From the IMG/VR virus record IMGVR_UViG_3300001798_000005: DNA of 64,000 nt. One strand, given 5' to 3'. Shown piece by piece: positions 1 to 8,540 of this stretch. The notes beneath the pieces are model-generated. The model was not told the DNA's origin, did no database searches, and saw only the letters and a program-made list of their open reading frames with translations. Numbering within the stretch: position 1 is the stretch's first letter; each line of letters starts with the position of its first letter. Source of the stretch: a virus (taxonomy: Duplodnaviria > Heunggongvirae > Uroviricota > Caudoviricetes). The translations under genes were made by a program, and so were the position numbers.

Positions 1-40
1 CTTTGATAATTCAAGTATTATAATTGATTTTTTTGATTTT

Positions 41-320
41 GTAATTCATGAAGTGTATTATTAAGAAAAATATACAACTACAATTGTAGCAATATACATG
101 TGTAATAATATATATATAATATTAATATATATATTATTAATATTATATATAGTATAGATCATCTAGTACACTTCATCAACTTCACGCTTCAACCCCGGTA
201 CTGTCTCAGATACCGGGGTATGGATTTTTGGCTTGAAGCGTGAAGTGTGGGGTTGAAAACTTGTGGGTGATTGACTTTCAGCGATATTGAAATCTGACTG
301 AAACGGGCTGAAGCGTGAAG
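41..320. other. Putative replication origin (AT-rich palindromic core plus TGAAGCGTGAAG repeats)
   Basis: Nearly pure A/T near-palindrome at ~103-150; inverted repeats 49-57/167-175 and 179-192/233-246; hairpin 193-218; lies directly downstream of the primase-helicase gene. Confidence 0.55.
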
Positions 321-321
321 C

Positions 322-2517
322 CTAAACTGGCTGGAAGATCCGCCAAATAGACGTCTTGCCATCATTATCGCATTGGATCTGGTGAGATTCAACCAGGTCA
401 TTCAGAATTTCGGTCCGGCGTCTTTTATTCAAATTTTGGGTTTTTCTCGTCAGGGCGGCCTGGGTGATTCCCTGATGGGCCTCGATGATCCGCAATACTT
501 TTTTCAGCTCGCCCTCGGTTTCGTTGTCGCTGACGTGTTGGCTCACCATGGCCGCCATCCGGTCCGCTGACATCAGGGCGACGTCATTTGCCCAGCTGAT
601 TAGGTCTTTTGTGATTACGCCATCCCAGGAGGCCGTGAGGGCGATTTTAGCCGAATGCTCAAAGGATCTCGACCAACACCCCTCCAGACCTGACTTGAGA
701 CGGATTTCTTCCGCCTGTCTGGCCCGGCAGGCGATCATGAAGTCATCCCAAGCCTTCTGGGCCTCTGGGGTCATGAGGATCACTTGAGGCCGGATGGCTG
801 GTTTGCCCAGACTACTGAGGTCTATCGCGACATGACCGCCCCTCGGGTGGGCATTGGTCGGCATCGCAGCCAGCTCCTTGATGGCGGATACGATCCCCTC
901 TGGGGGTTCCCCGATCCCCTGGCGGCAATGGGGGACGAGTTCAAAGCCTTTTTCTTCAAAATAGAGCCACCGGGCCATAAAGCCATCGCTGGACTCTGAA
1001 CTCGACAGGGCCTCATGGATGTGTTGCGGCACAGAAGTTGCATGAACGTTGAGGCACGGCTGGTCGATATCGGTTCTTCCACGCTTGCCGTCGGCGTTCC
1101 CGTACTCGGTTCCGGCGTAAATCTCGTTTGCCTCGCTGAAGAGCTTCAGCATGAGGGTAGTGATCCCCGCCTGGGGACCGGCGTTTTTTCCCGACATGTG
1201 CTTCAGGGTCCGGCCAAACTCGTCCAATTGCAAAAACGCCCGCCCGTTCCGTTCCGCCAAGGTCTTGAGCAATCCGGCCCCCGAGGCGGGGTCTCCCCCG
1301 ATCAGGCCCGTCAGACCGGCCTCAATCAGAAGAATATTGGCGCATTTTCGATTGTGGTCCTTTCCGGCCCCCGAGGCCGCCATCCCGAGAGTATAAAGGT
1401 TGGTCCTGAGGTCTGATTCGGTCGCGACCCGATGAGCCCGAACGGCTCCCAGCATCGGTAGAGCTGCCGCCATGGCGAGTTCGGCCGACGGCCATGGGGC
1501 TCGGTCCATCATCCACCGCACGATATCGCCCAACAACCCCGGTGCCCGCAGGAGGAGGTCATTTTGGACAATAGGGACTTCTACCCTTGGGAGTATATTC
1601 CCCCCTGGGATGATACAGCCCCGATCTACCGGTGGGGGGGCGGGCTTGACCCAGCCATTTTCATAAGCCCAATAGAAGATCGATTCAATTTTCTTTTCAT
1701 TTCTCTTAAAGGATTTCCACTTGCCCGGCTGACGCTTTTCCTGATACTTCAGACTGCTACGGCTCCACTGGTCCCAGAGGGGGAACCCCTGATCGCCCAG
1801 GTGGGTCTTGAGCGCCATCCCGACCTCGATCCAAGTATTGTAGTCATCCGCTGGAATACAGGACAGAGCGGACTCGATCTCCTGATCTGAGGTCCAACTG
1901 TAGTCTTGCTGGATCGCGTATGCCGCAGCGGGCTTGAAGCGCCGAAAAATATCGTCAACCCTTTCGCAAAAGTCAACCGGCAGTTGGGGAATTTTCTCAA
2001 AATCAACAGTCGTGAGGTCTTCCTCGGTGAGCCAGCGGTATTCTGCCCCGCAGGGGTGGACCGTCGGGGGGAGGACGGTCTGACGGCCATCTGAGAGGAG
2101 TTCAACCACCATATCGCCATGGAGTTTCCACTGGTGGGTTTCCTCCCCGGAATGGAGGTAAAAGGCCGTGAAGCCCTTTTCGCCCATCTTCTTTACTGGC
2201 GAATCCGGCACCATGGCCTGAATCTCTGCGTGGATGCCTTCGGCGTCAAAGTCATAATCCAAGGCCACCAGACACCCCAGCGGCCCGAGGGTCATCCCGA
2301 TCCCGGCGTCGGGCCATTTCTCCCAGGCTTCGATCTCAGACGGACTAGCGAGCCGGTGGCTGTAGTGCTTGGTCCACTCCCGCATCTTGCCCCAACGGTA
2401 TTGCTGGATCTCGGGATCAAAGTAGTAGCTCCCTGGAGCTTTCGTCCCTGGACAGATCGGGATAACGGGGAGGTCCTTTTCAACGTACCGGCGGGCGACT
2501 TGGGCGAATTTTGACAT
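322..2517 (-). CDS. Bifunctional primase-polymerase with PriCT-2 and DUF3987-like helicase/ATPase domain
   Basis: N-terminal Prim-Pol motifs (VIPICPGTKAP, GIGMTLG, ALDYD); PriCT-2 (YNTWIEVGMALK...W..WS); Walker A SGAGKD; LDEFG; C-terminal winged helix. Confidence 0.9.
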   Translation of the reverse strand: MSKFAQVARRYVEKDLPVIPICPGTKAPGSYYFDPEIQQYRWGKMREWTKHYSHRLASPSEIEAWEKWPDAGIGMTLGPLGCLVALDYDFDAEGIHAEIQAMVPDSPVKKMGEKGFTAFYLHSGEETHQWKLHGDMVVELLSDGRQTVLPPTVHPCGAEYRWLTEEDLTTVDFEKIPQLPVDFCERVDDIFRRFKPAAAYAIQQDYSWTSDQEIESALSCIPADDYNTWIEVGMALKTHLGDQGFPLWDQWSRSSLKYQEKRQPGKWKSFKRNEKKIESIFYWAYENGWVKPAPPPVDRGCIIPGGNILPRVEVPIVQNDLLLRAPGLLGDIVRWMMDRAPWPSAELAMAAALPMLGAVRAHRVATESDLRTNLYTLGMAASGAGKDHNRKCANILLIEAGLTGLIGGDPASGAGLLKTLAERNGRAFLQLDEFGRTLKHMSGKNAGPQAGITTLMLKLFSEANEIYAGTEYGNADGKRGRTDIDQPCLNVHATSVPQHIHEALSSSESSDGFMARWLYFEEKGFELVPHCRQGIGEPPEGIVSAIKELAAMPTNAHPRGGHVAIDLSSLGKPAIRPQVILMTPEAQKAWDDFMIACRARQAEEIRLKSGLEGCWSRSFEHSAKIALTASWDGVITKDLISWANDVALMSADRMAAMVSQHVSDNETEGELKKVLRIIEAHQGITQAALTRKTQNLNKRRRTEILNDLVESHQIQCDNDGKTSIWRIFQPV

Positions 2518-2546
2518 CAGGCGACCTTTCTCTATATGGGTTTTTG

Positions 2547-2627
2547 ATCGTACTCTATTGAGTCAAAAAGGTCAAAAAACAATCATTAAAAAATTCACTT
2601 GACCGATCGGATATTCTTTCGTAAGAT
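2547..2627. promoter_or_regulatory. Back-to-back sigma70-type promoters
   Basis: Minus strand TTGACC(2575-2570)-N17-TACGAT(2552-2547); plus strand TTGACC(2599-2604)-N17-TAAGAT(2622-2627). Confidence 0.7.
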
Positions 2628-2683
2628 TTTGGAATCGGAAAGCATCGCTTTTTGATACTTTATGAAAATGAAAAGGAACGCCC

Positions 2684-3511
2684 ATGCTCGATCTTAAACA
2701 GCTCAAGCCAAAAGTAACGCACGATCCCCCCCGGTTGGTCTTCTATGGTCCCCCCGGCAAGGGAAAGACCTACACAGCCGCCCAGGCGGGCGAGCATATC
2801 TTTCTGAATATCAATGATGGCCTCGGGGGCATCCCCCATACGGCTTTCCCGATCCGGGGCGCCGACAAGGGCGATGATATCTTCAAGACCTACGATGAGA
2901 TCATCTGGGCCCTGGACGCCATCCTGAATCAGGATCATGACTTTCGGGTCCTGATCATTGATGGTCTCTCTGACCTGGAGGAGCTCATCCACCGCCAGAT
3001 CTGCGCCGCCTCGGGGGTGAGTACGATCGCCAAGGCCTGCGGGGGATACGGGAAGGGCTACGTTGAGGCCATGAACTCCTGGAATGAGGTCTTGTCCCTC
3101 TTGAGCCAGATTCGGCAAAAGCGGAACATGGTCATTGTCCTGTTGGCCCACTCGAATATCAAGTCCTACGCTGACCCGATGGCGGACTCCTATGACCGCC
3201 ATGTCCTAAAGCTCCATGACGCTGCAGCTTTTCGGATCCGAGAATGGGCGGATGCGGTTTTGTTTCTTGATCAGAAGGTCTATATTGACAAATCCCAAGA
3301 GGGCATGAAGAAAATCGCCAAGGCGAATTCCTTGGGGCTAACGTTTTTCACCTCTGAGAATCCCCGCCATCAGGCTAAAAACCGATACGGGCTGCCCTCG
3401 GAGATCCCTATGTCGTGGCAGGGGCTCATGGCCGCCATGAGCGAAGCCGCGACAAAAGCGAACACCGTAACAGCAAGCGAGAGAGAGAACACACACAATG
3501 GCACGATTTGA
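2684..3511 (+). CDS. AAA_24 family ATPase (Sak4-like annealing protein)
   Basis: YGPPGKGKT Walker A; IIDGLS; GGYGKGY; AKNRYGLP are typical of phage NTP-binding/Sak4 proteins. Confidence 0.88.
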   Translation: MLDLKQLKPKVTHDPPRLVFYGPPGKGKTYTAAQAGEHIFLNINDGLGGIPHTAFPIRGADKGDDIFKTYDEIIWALDAILNQDHDFRVLIIDGLSDLEELIHRQICAASGVSTIAKACGGYGKGYVEAMNSWNEVLSLLSQIRQKRNMVIVLLAHSNIKSYADPMADSYDRHVLKLHDAAAFRIREWADAVLFLDQKVYIDKSQEGMKKIAKANSLGLTFFTSENPRHQAKNRYGLPSEIPMSWQGLMAAMSEAATKANTVTASERENTHNGTI

Positions 3512-3977
3512 ATTTGACGCCACCGGGCAGCCTCAGCGGGAGGAATTCACCATTCTGCCCGACGGGAGCTATTCGGCGGTCTGCACGGCCTCCGAGATGG
3601 TGGCGAATAAATCCGGTGAAGGTCAACACCTTCTTTTGAAATTCAGCGTCTTTGAAGGCCCCCGAGAGGGCGCTTTCGTTTCGGACCGGCTGAATCTCGT
3701 CAACCCCAACCCCCAGACGGTCGAGATTGCCTATAAGGTTCTGACTGACCTCCTGCTGGCCATGGAGGGCGTTCGGGGGACCGCCAAAGTTGAAAATACG
3801 GATGACCTAATCGGGCACCCGGTGGTGATCAAAGTCGGGACCAACAAGGCGACTGAGCAGTATGGCCCCTCTAACAAGATCACCAAGTATTCCCCCTGGG
3901 TGGCTGGGTCTGCCCCGCAGCCCGTGGCCGTTGCGGTCGCGGCAGGACCGCCCGCGAAGGCGCCTTGGGAAAAATAG
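3498..3977 (+). CDS. DUF669 family single-stranded DNA-binding protein
   Basis: LPDGSYSA...LLLKFSV..GP..G..V.DRLNL.NPN pattern; follows the Sak4-like gene. Confidence 0.8.
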   Translation: MARFEFDATGQPQREEFTILPDGSYSAVCTASEMVANKSGEGQHLLLKFSVFEGPREGAFVSDRLNLVNPNPQTVEIAYKVLTDLLLAMEGVRGTAKVENTDDLIGHPVVIKVGTNKATEQYGPSNKITKYSPWVAGSAPQPVAVAVAAGPPAKAPWEK

Positions 3978-3999
3978 CGCAACAGCGCACAAGAAGCCG

Positions 4000-4286
4000 G
4001 GAGCGAAAAGCCAGGCCCCCAGTAAGCATAGCCTTCGGGCCGCTCCTGATCTGGGGAGGTTACTCCACCGTCATGGGCCTCTAGGGTTGATTCGCCCGAA
4101 TGAGGATCTAGACCCAGCGAGGAGTGGATCAAAAGGCTCGGGAAAGCCTTAAGGGGATGCCGTTGGGCAAAATGGCACAGCGGCATTCTCTCCCACCCCT
4201 CACTGGAGCGCTTTGATAAAGCGTGGTCCAGGACAGCCGGAGGCCTGTCGTCTCCCCTGACCCCGGCAGGGTGCGTAAGCGCCGGG
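4000..4286 (+). ncRNA. Highly structured non-coding RNA candidate upstream of the tmRNA-like domain
   Basis: Near-continuous stems including a cUUCGg hairpin (4031-4040), GNRA loop (4273-4280) and a 9-bp core stem 4157-4165/4178-4186; no credible ORF. Confidence 0.55.
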
Positions 4287-4290
4287 ACAT

Positions 4291-4368
4291 GGGGCTGATT
4301 GGATTTGAATGGGTCTAAAGCCGCTTGTCGGAGGGCTCATCACGGCGGTTCGACTCCGCCCAGCTCCA
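4291..4368 (+). ncRNA. tmRNA-like tRNA-like domain (TLD) lacking the mRNA-like domain
   Basis: Acceptor GGGGCTG/CAGCTCC+A with G3-U70; stemless D loop ATTGGATTTGA; P2 ATGGGTCT/AGGGCTCAT capped by a short hairpin; T arm GGCGG-TTCGACT-CCGCC. Confidence 0.85.
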
Positions 4369-4394
4369 ATATTTTGCAAAAAAGGAGACACAAT

Positions 4395-4754
4395 GTGATC
4401 AACCCCGCACCCAATCTTGTCGTGATTGAGCTTGACTATCGCCTCATGACCCACAAGGGCCAGGATGTTGACGTCACGGGCCAGATCTGGATCGACCTCA
4501 ACGACGTTGGGATCATCAGGACTGAAGTCCACAACGGCGAGACCTTCACTACCACTTTTCAGGACAAGCGGAATGGCTCAATCGTTGAACTCGGACCGGC
4601 TGGATCGAAATCATTTTTTGAAAAGTGGGAACGATACTGCGCCGAGAAGGATCTGATCCGCGAGCGGGATCTTCCGGCTCAGAAGACCGGAAGCTTGATC
4701 GCAACCCCCTTGGGGGAATTCAACCCCAACGGGGGACGGATTGTTAAAATATAG
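4395..4754 (+). CDS. Hypothetical protein
   Basis: GTG start after AGGAG RBS; 119 aa. Confidence 0.6.
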   Translation: MINPAPNLVVIELDYRLMTHKGQDVDVTGQIWIDLNDVGIIRTEVHNGETFTTTFQDKRNGSIVELGPAGSKSFFEKWERYCAEKDLIRERDLPAQKTGSLIATPLGEFNPNGGRIVKI

Positions 4755-4783
4755 TTGACACACTTTAAAAAATTTCATAACAT
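4755..4783 (+). promoter_or_regulatory. Sigma70-type promoter
   Basis: TTGACA-N17-TAACAT. Confidence 0.6.
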
Positions 4784-4838
4784 GATAGCACAGCAAGCGA
4801 CCGGACATCTACGAACACGCAAGGGATACGAGAGAGCT

Positions 4839-4866
4839 CCCCGGTCGAGAGATCGGGGATTTTTTT
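4839..4866 (+). terminator. Intrinsic terminator/attenuator immediately before ORF 4867
   Basis: CCCCGGTC-GAGA-GATCGGGG followed by a T7 tract. Confidence 0.7.
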
Positions 4867-5325
4867 ATGGATAGACAGGACTTCAATGCCCTCTTGGCTG
4901 AGATCCTTCATGAAAGTAAGCGTTACGTCGATTGCCGCTCTCGTGGGCTCCTGAACCTCCGGCAAATCGGTCAAGGTGGCGATATTACTCTAGAGGATGG
5001 GATCCTAACCCTTGTGATTTGTGTTCTTGAGCTCCAGGTTGGCCACGGCGGGACGGCTGAAGCCATCCAGGTCCTGGAGGAGTTGACCTCAGAGGGCCGC
5101 ACCCTGATGGATGCCCTCAATAGGGCGCTCCACAGTCCTGACCCACAGGATTGGGAACAGACCAAGCTGATCCTGGACCTCAATTTGCGCTTTGCGGATC
5201 TGTTCCTCTGTGAGGAGGGCTGTCCCCCGAGGCGGTATCACTTCGGCGAGGGTGTCCCGGAAAAGTCCAGACGAGCCCATTTGGCGGGATCGATCTTCCG
5301 CAAGCTCAGAAGGGCTTTCTCATGA
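4867..5325 (+). CDS. Hypothetical protein
   Basis: 152-aa ORF overlapping the start of the next gene. Confidence 0.6.
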   Translation: MDRQDFNALLAEILHESKRYVDCRSRGLLNLRQIGQGGDITLEDGILTLVICVLELQVGHGGTAEAIQVLEELTSEGRTLMDALNRALHSPDPQDWEQTKLILDLNLRFADLFLCEEGCPPRRYHFGEGVPEKSRRAHLAGSIFRKLRRAFS

Positions 5326-6167
5326 CCGCCATTCCGTTGCCGCCGCATGACATTCGGGAAAAGATCTTTGATGCCTGGAAGGCCCGTGAGGCCTCGGCCC
5401 GATCAGATCCTCGGGTCCACCTGGGGGCAAGTGAGATCGGAAAGCCCTGCCTGAGGGCGGCCTGGTACACTTTCCGATGGGCTGATGCGGAAGAGTTTGA
5501 CGGGCGGCTATTGAGGCTCTTCCGAACCGGTGAGCTGGAGGAGGACCGCTTGGCTGATGATCTGATGATGATCGGTTGTGAAGTCGTCCAGCTCGATGTC
5601 AGAACCGGTAAACAGTTTCGGGTCTGGCACCCCTGGGGGCATTTTGGGGGAAGCTTGGATGCGGCAATCCACCACGTCCCCGATGGCGGGGACAAGTGGC
5701 ACGTTGGCGAATTCAAGACCCATAATGCAAAATCTTTTGCTAAATTACAGAAGCTTGGCGTGAAGGCCGCCAAGTGGGAGCATTTTTGCCAAATGGTGAT
5801 CTATATGGGCTTCACTGGGATGGATCGCGCCCTCTATGGAGCAAAGAACAAGGACAACGATGATCTTTATTTTGAGCGCGTCAGATTTGACGAGACGCTT
5901 TTTGCGGATCTTTGCCGCAAGGCCATGTCGGTCATCAGATCCCCAGAACCCCTGGGGCGAGTCTCTGAGGATCCAGAATCCGATGAATGCCGTTATTGCC
6001 CCTTCCGGGCGGTTTGCCATTTCGGGAAGCCGATCAAGAAGTCATGTCGGACCTGCCGACACGCAACTCCCGAGGAGGGGACGACTTGGAGATGTGGATT
6101 TCATCAGCGCGGGATAGCGGTCCCGGAGCAAGCAGTAGGCTGTAGTGAGTGGTGGGAGATCAAATGA
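5322..6167 (+). CDS. Cas4-like PD-(D/E)XK exonuclease
   Basis: HLGASEIGKPC; GSLDA; GEFKT; Q..IYM; C-terminal Cys cluster (ECRYCPFRAVC, CRTC). Confidence 0.85.
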   Translation: MTAIPLPPHDIREKIFDAWKAREASARSDPRVHLGASEIGKPCLRAAWYTFRWADAEEFDGRLLRLFRTGELEEDRLADDLMMIGCEVVQLDVRTGKQFRVWHPWGHFGGSLDAAIHHVPDGGDKWHVGEFKTHNAKSFAKLQKLGVKAAKWEHFCQMVIYMGFTGMDRALYGAKNKDNDDLYFERVRFDETLFADLCRKAMSVIRSPEPLGRVSEDPESDECRYCPFRAVCHFGKPIKKSCRTCRHATPEEGTTWRCGFHQRGIAVPEQAVGCSEWWEIK

Positions 6168-6781
6168 GAGAGAAAGTCAACAAAGGCAAATATGTCATTC
6201 TGCTAGGTGGGAAAATGTATTCCGGCAAGAGCACCGCTGCGGCGGGGATCGCTCAGGGGAGTGAGTTCCGGTGGGCCATCACACCTTTGGCGGGGTGGAT
6301 CAAGAAACTCATCAATCTCTATCATGGCGTGACGCCCGAGGAGGCGCTTTTGAGGAAAGAGGAAATCCGTCCCGATTATCAAAAATTTGGAACTGAGGTA
6401 GTCCGGGACGGCTTTGCGACTGATTTTTGGGTTCGGACCTGCATGAACCAAAACGGCAAGCTGAAAATCATTGATGATTGCCGATATGGGGACGAGATGG
6501 CGACCATTAGGGAAATGTCGGCAAAACTGATCACGATCTGGATTGATGCTGATGATTCAGTCCGACAACGGCGCTGTGAGGCGCAGGGGAGGCAATGGAT
6601 GCCTGAGAGCTCCAGCCATGCGAGTGAGAAAGGTTTTACCGGGGAAGAGGACTTTTGGGATTATCGGCTTGAAAACAACCTAGATAGCGTCTTTCCCCTC
6701 CTTCAGGTCCTTGATCCGATCATTGATCTCATTGATCGGGACGTAGACGATCTGAATATCCGAAAGTCGGCCTTCCGATGA
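6164..6781 (+). CDS. Deoxynucleoside monophosphate kinase-like protein
   Basis: GKMYSGKST P-loop; YQKFGTEVVR; IIDDCRY; SHASE. Confidence 0.8.
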   Translation: MREKVNKGKYVILLGGKMYSGKSTAAAGIAQGSEFRWAITPLAGWIKKLINLYHGVTPEEALLRKEEIRPDYQKFGTEVVRDGFATDFWVRTCMNQNGKLKIIDDCRYGDEMATIREMSAKLITIWIDADDSVRQRRCEAQGRQWMPESSSHASEKGFTGEEDFWDYRLENNLDSVFPLLQVLDPIIDLIDRDVDDLNIRKSAFR

Positions 6782-6945
6782 GCTATTGGGAAGACAAGAA
6801 GTATCACGTTGAGCTTGAGCTGGCCTGCTTGAACCTGGAGCGGCTAAATGCCGCATATGAGCTTAATCGGCTCACTGGGCTGATGGCATCCCTTCATGCG
6901 GAGCTTAACCGCATTAATCTCCGCTTGACACAATCGTCCTGAATC

Positions 6946-7188
6946 TTGCATAATAATTTTATGCAGTTCAGGAGAACAACCGTGGAAATTGTATTTTTAA
7001 TGGTGGGATTAGTTATCGGCGCGATGGCGGTCGGCGTCGTGGCTGGATCGATGATCGATGAAGTCAATTCTGATAAAGAATACCTTCTTGATCTCCTCCA
7101 GCAGTACAATGGCGGCCAGGAGATCCCCCACCGGGATCAGTGGGCCTGGAAGGCTTTTCGAGAAGCCAGAAAGGAATTTAAGGCATGA
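6946..7188 (+). CDS. Small membrane protein
   Basis: Single hydrophobic segment (IVFLMVGLVIGAMAVGVVAG). Confidence 0.5.
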   Translation: MHNNFMQFRRTTVEIVFLMVGLVIGAMAVGVVAGSMIDEVNSDKEYLLDLLQQYNGGQEIPHRDQWAWKAFREARKEFKA

Positions 7189-8540
7189 TGGCGTTCAAGT
7201 ATGACGAATGGTTGGAGGACGAAAAATCCAACTATACAGAGTTGCCGGATGATTTTGCCATGCCGGATCTAATTACAGATTTCGAGTCCCTTTCTGAATC
7301 CCAGCAGGCCGCCATTGAGGCGATTGATCACGGTCACAATATGCTGATCACCGGCCCGGCTGGCTCGGGGAAATCTTATCTAATCGAATATCTGAAAAGG
7401 CACCATCGGGCAACCGTGACGGCCTCCACAGGATTGGCGGCCCTCAACGTGGGCGGGACCACGATCCACAAATGGGCCGGAATCGGGATTGCCGAAGGGG
7501 ATCCTGAAGAGATTGCGGAGAAGATCCAAAACGCCGGTTGGTCAAAAGATATCAAGCGCCGCATTTCGGATGCCAGACTGTTGATCATTGATGAGATCTC
7601 AATGATCAGTGATAAAGTTCTGACCTGCCTGGATGTGGTCTTTCGGCGTATCCGGTTTTCTGATGAGCCCTTTGGAGGGATTCAGATGCTTTGCTTTGGG
7701 GACTTCTTTCAGCTCCCCCCGGTCAGTCGAGCCGGTGAGACCTTTTGCTTCAAAAGCCCAACCTGGGAAAGGTCTGGTTTTAAATATTGTGAATTGACAA
7801 AAGTTTTCCGGCAGGCAGATGGCCCTTTCTCCTCGGCCCTCCAGCGGATCCGGCGGGGAATCTGTAGTCCTGCCGATGCGGCGATTCTGAGATCCCGCGA
7901 TGGCCTGATACCAGAGGGTCTCAAGCCTGTCTATCTCTTCCCCACCAACGCACAAGTGGACGAGATGAACATGCGGGAAATGCTCAAGATTCCCGGTCCG
8001 ACGAGGGTTTACCACCCCAGTGATGTCCTGAACGCCAAATCACCCGCCCAGGAGAAATTGTTTCTCGATCAACTCAACCGGGACTGTCTGGCCAGCAATC
8101 CACTGATCCTCAAGGAGGGCGCTCAGGTGATGTTGCTGAAAAATCTTACCCCATCATTGGTCAATGGCTCCATGGGGATCGTAATCGAGATGGCCGAAAG
8201 CTCTGTCAAGGTTCAATTTACCGATCAGGAGATCTGGATTGAGCCCAAAGAATGGACCCTCCAAGAGGGCAATACCCTTCAGGCCACCCGGAAGCATATC
8301 CCCCTGAGACTCGCCTGGGGGTTGAGTATCCATAAATCACAAGGCCAAAGTCTGGATCGGGTTTACTTGGACTTGACGAAGATTTTTGAAAAAGGACAGG
8401 CCTATGTGGGGCTTTCGAGATGCAGATCCCTGGAGGGGCTGTTCCTGAATGGCTTTCATGAATCCGCCATCCAGGCCCACCCGGACGCAATAGAGTTTTA
8501 TCAACAACAGGAGATGCAAAATGAAACACATCATGCTTGA
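7185..8540 (+). CDS. Pif1/RecD-like SF1B helicase
   Basis: GPAGSGKS; IIDEISM; GDFFQLPPV; LAWGLSIHKSQGQSL; YVGLSR. Confidence 0.93.
   Translation: MMAFKYDEWLEDEKSNYTELPDDFAMPDLITDFESLSESQQAAIEAIDHGHNMLITGPAGSGKSYLIEYLKRHHRATVTASTGLAALNVGGTTIHKWAGIGIAEGDPEEIAEKIQNAGWSKDIKRRISDARLLIIDEISMISDKVLTCLDVVFRRIRFSDEPFGGIQMLCFGDFFQLPPVSRAGETFCFKSPTWERSGFKYCELTKVFRQADGPFSSALQRIRRGICSPADAAILRSRDGLIPEGLKPVYLFPTNAQVDEMNMREMLKIPGPTRVYHPSDVLNAKSPAQEKLFLDQLNRDCLASNPLILKEGAQVMLLKNLTPSLVNGSMGIVIEMAESSVKVQFTDQEIWIEPKEWTLQEGNTLQATRKHIPLRLAWGLSIHKSQGQSLDRVYLDLTKIFEKGQAYVGLSRCRSLEGLFLNGFHESAIQAHPDAIEFYQQQEMQNETHHA

Larger units (their letters stand above)
1..3985. repeat. Direct repeat copy 1 (identical to 60016-64000); genome unit length 60,015 bp
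   Basis: Sequence at 1 (ctttgataattcaag) recurs at 60016; all ORFs recur with a constant offset of 60015. Confidence 0.98.

Noticed and set aside
100-150. Microsatellite / assembly artefact
   Set aside because: The tract is an imperfect palindrome nested in specific inverted repeats, better explained as an origin
3970-4152. AAAAAUAGC-GCA resembling a tmRNA resume site / tag reading frame
   Set aside because: The UAG is the SSB stop codon, the spacing is one base off, and no frame ends in an LAA/AA-type tag
4291-4368. Canonical tRNA-Ala
   Set aside because: It has no D stem and no 7-nt anticodon loop; the D-loop text and P2 helix are tmRNA-like instead
5322-6167. CRISPR-Cas locus (Cas4)
   Set aside because: Solo Cas4-like exonuclease in a Sak4-SSB recombination module; no repeat-spacer array or other cas genes seen
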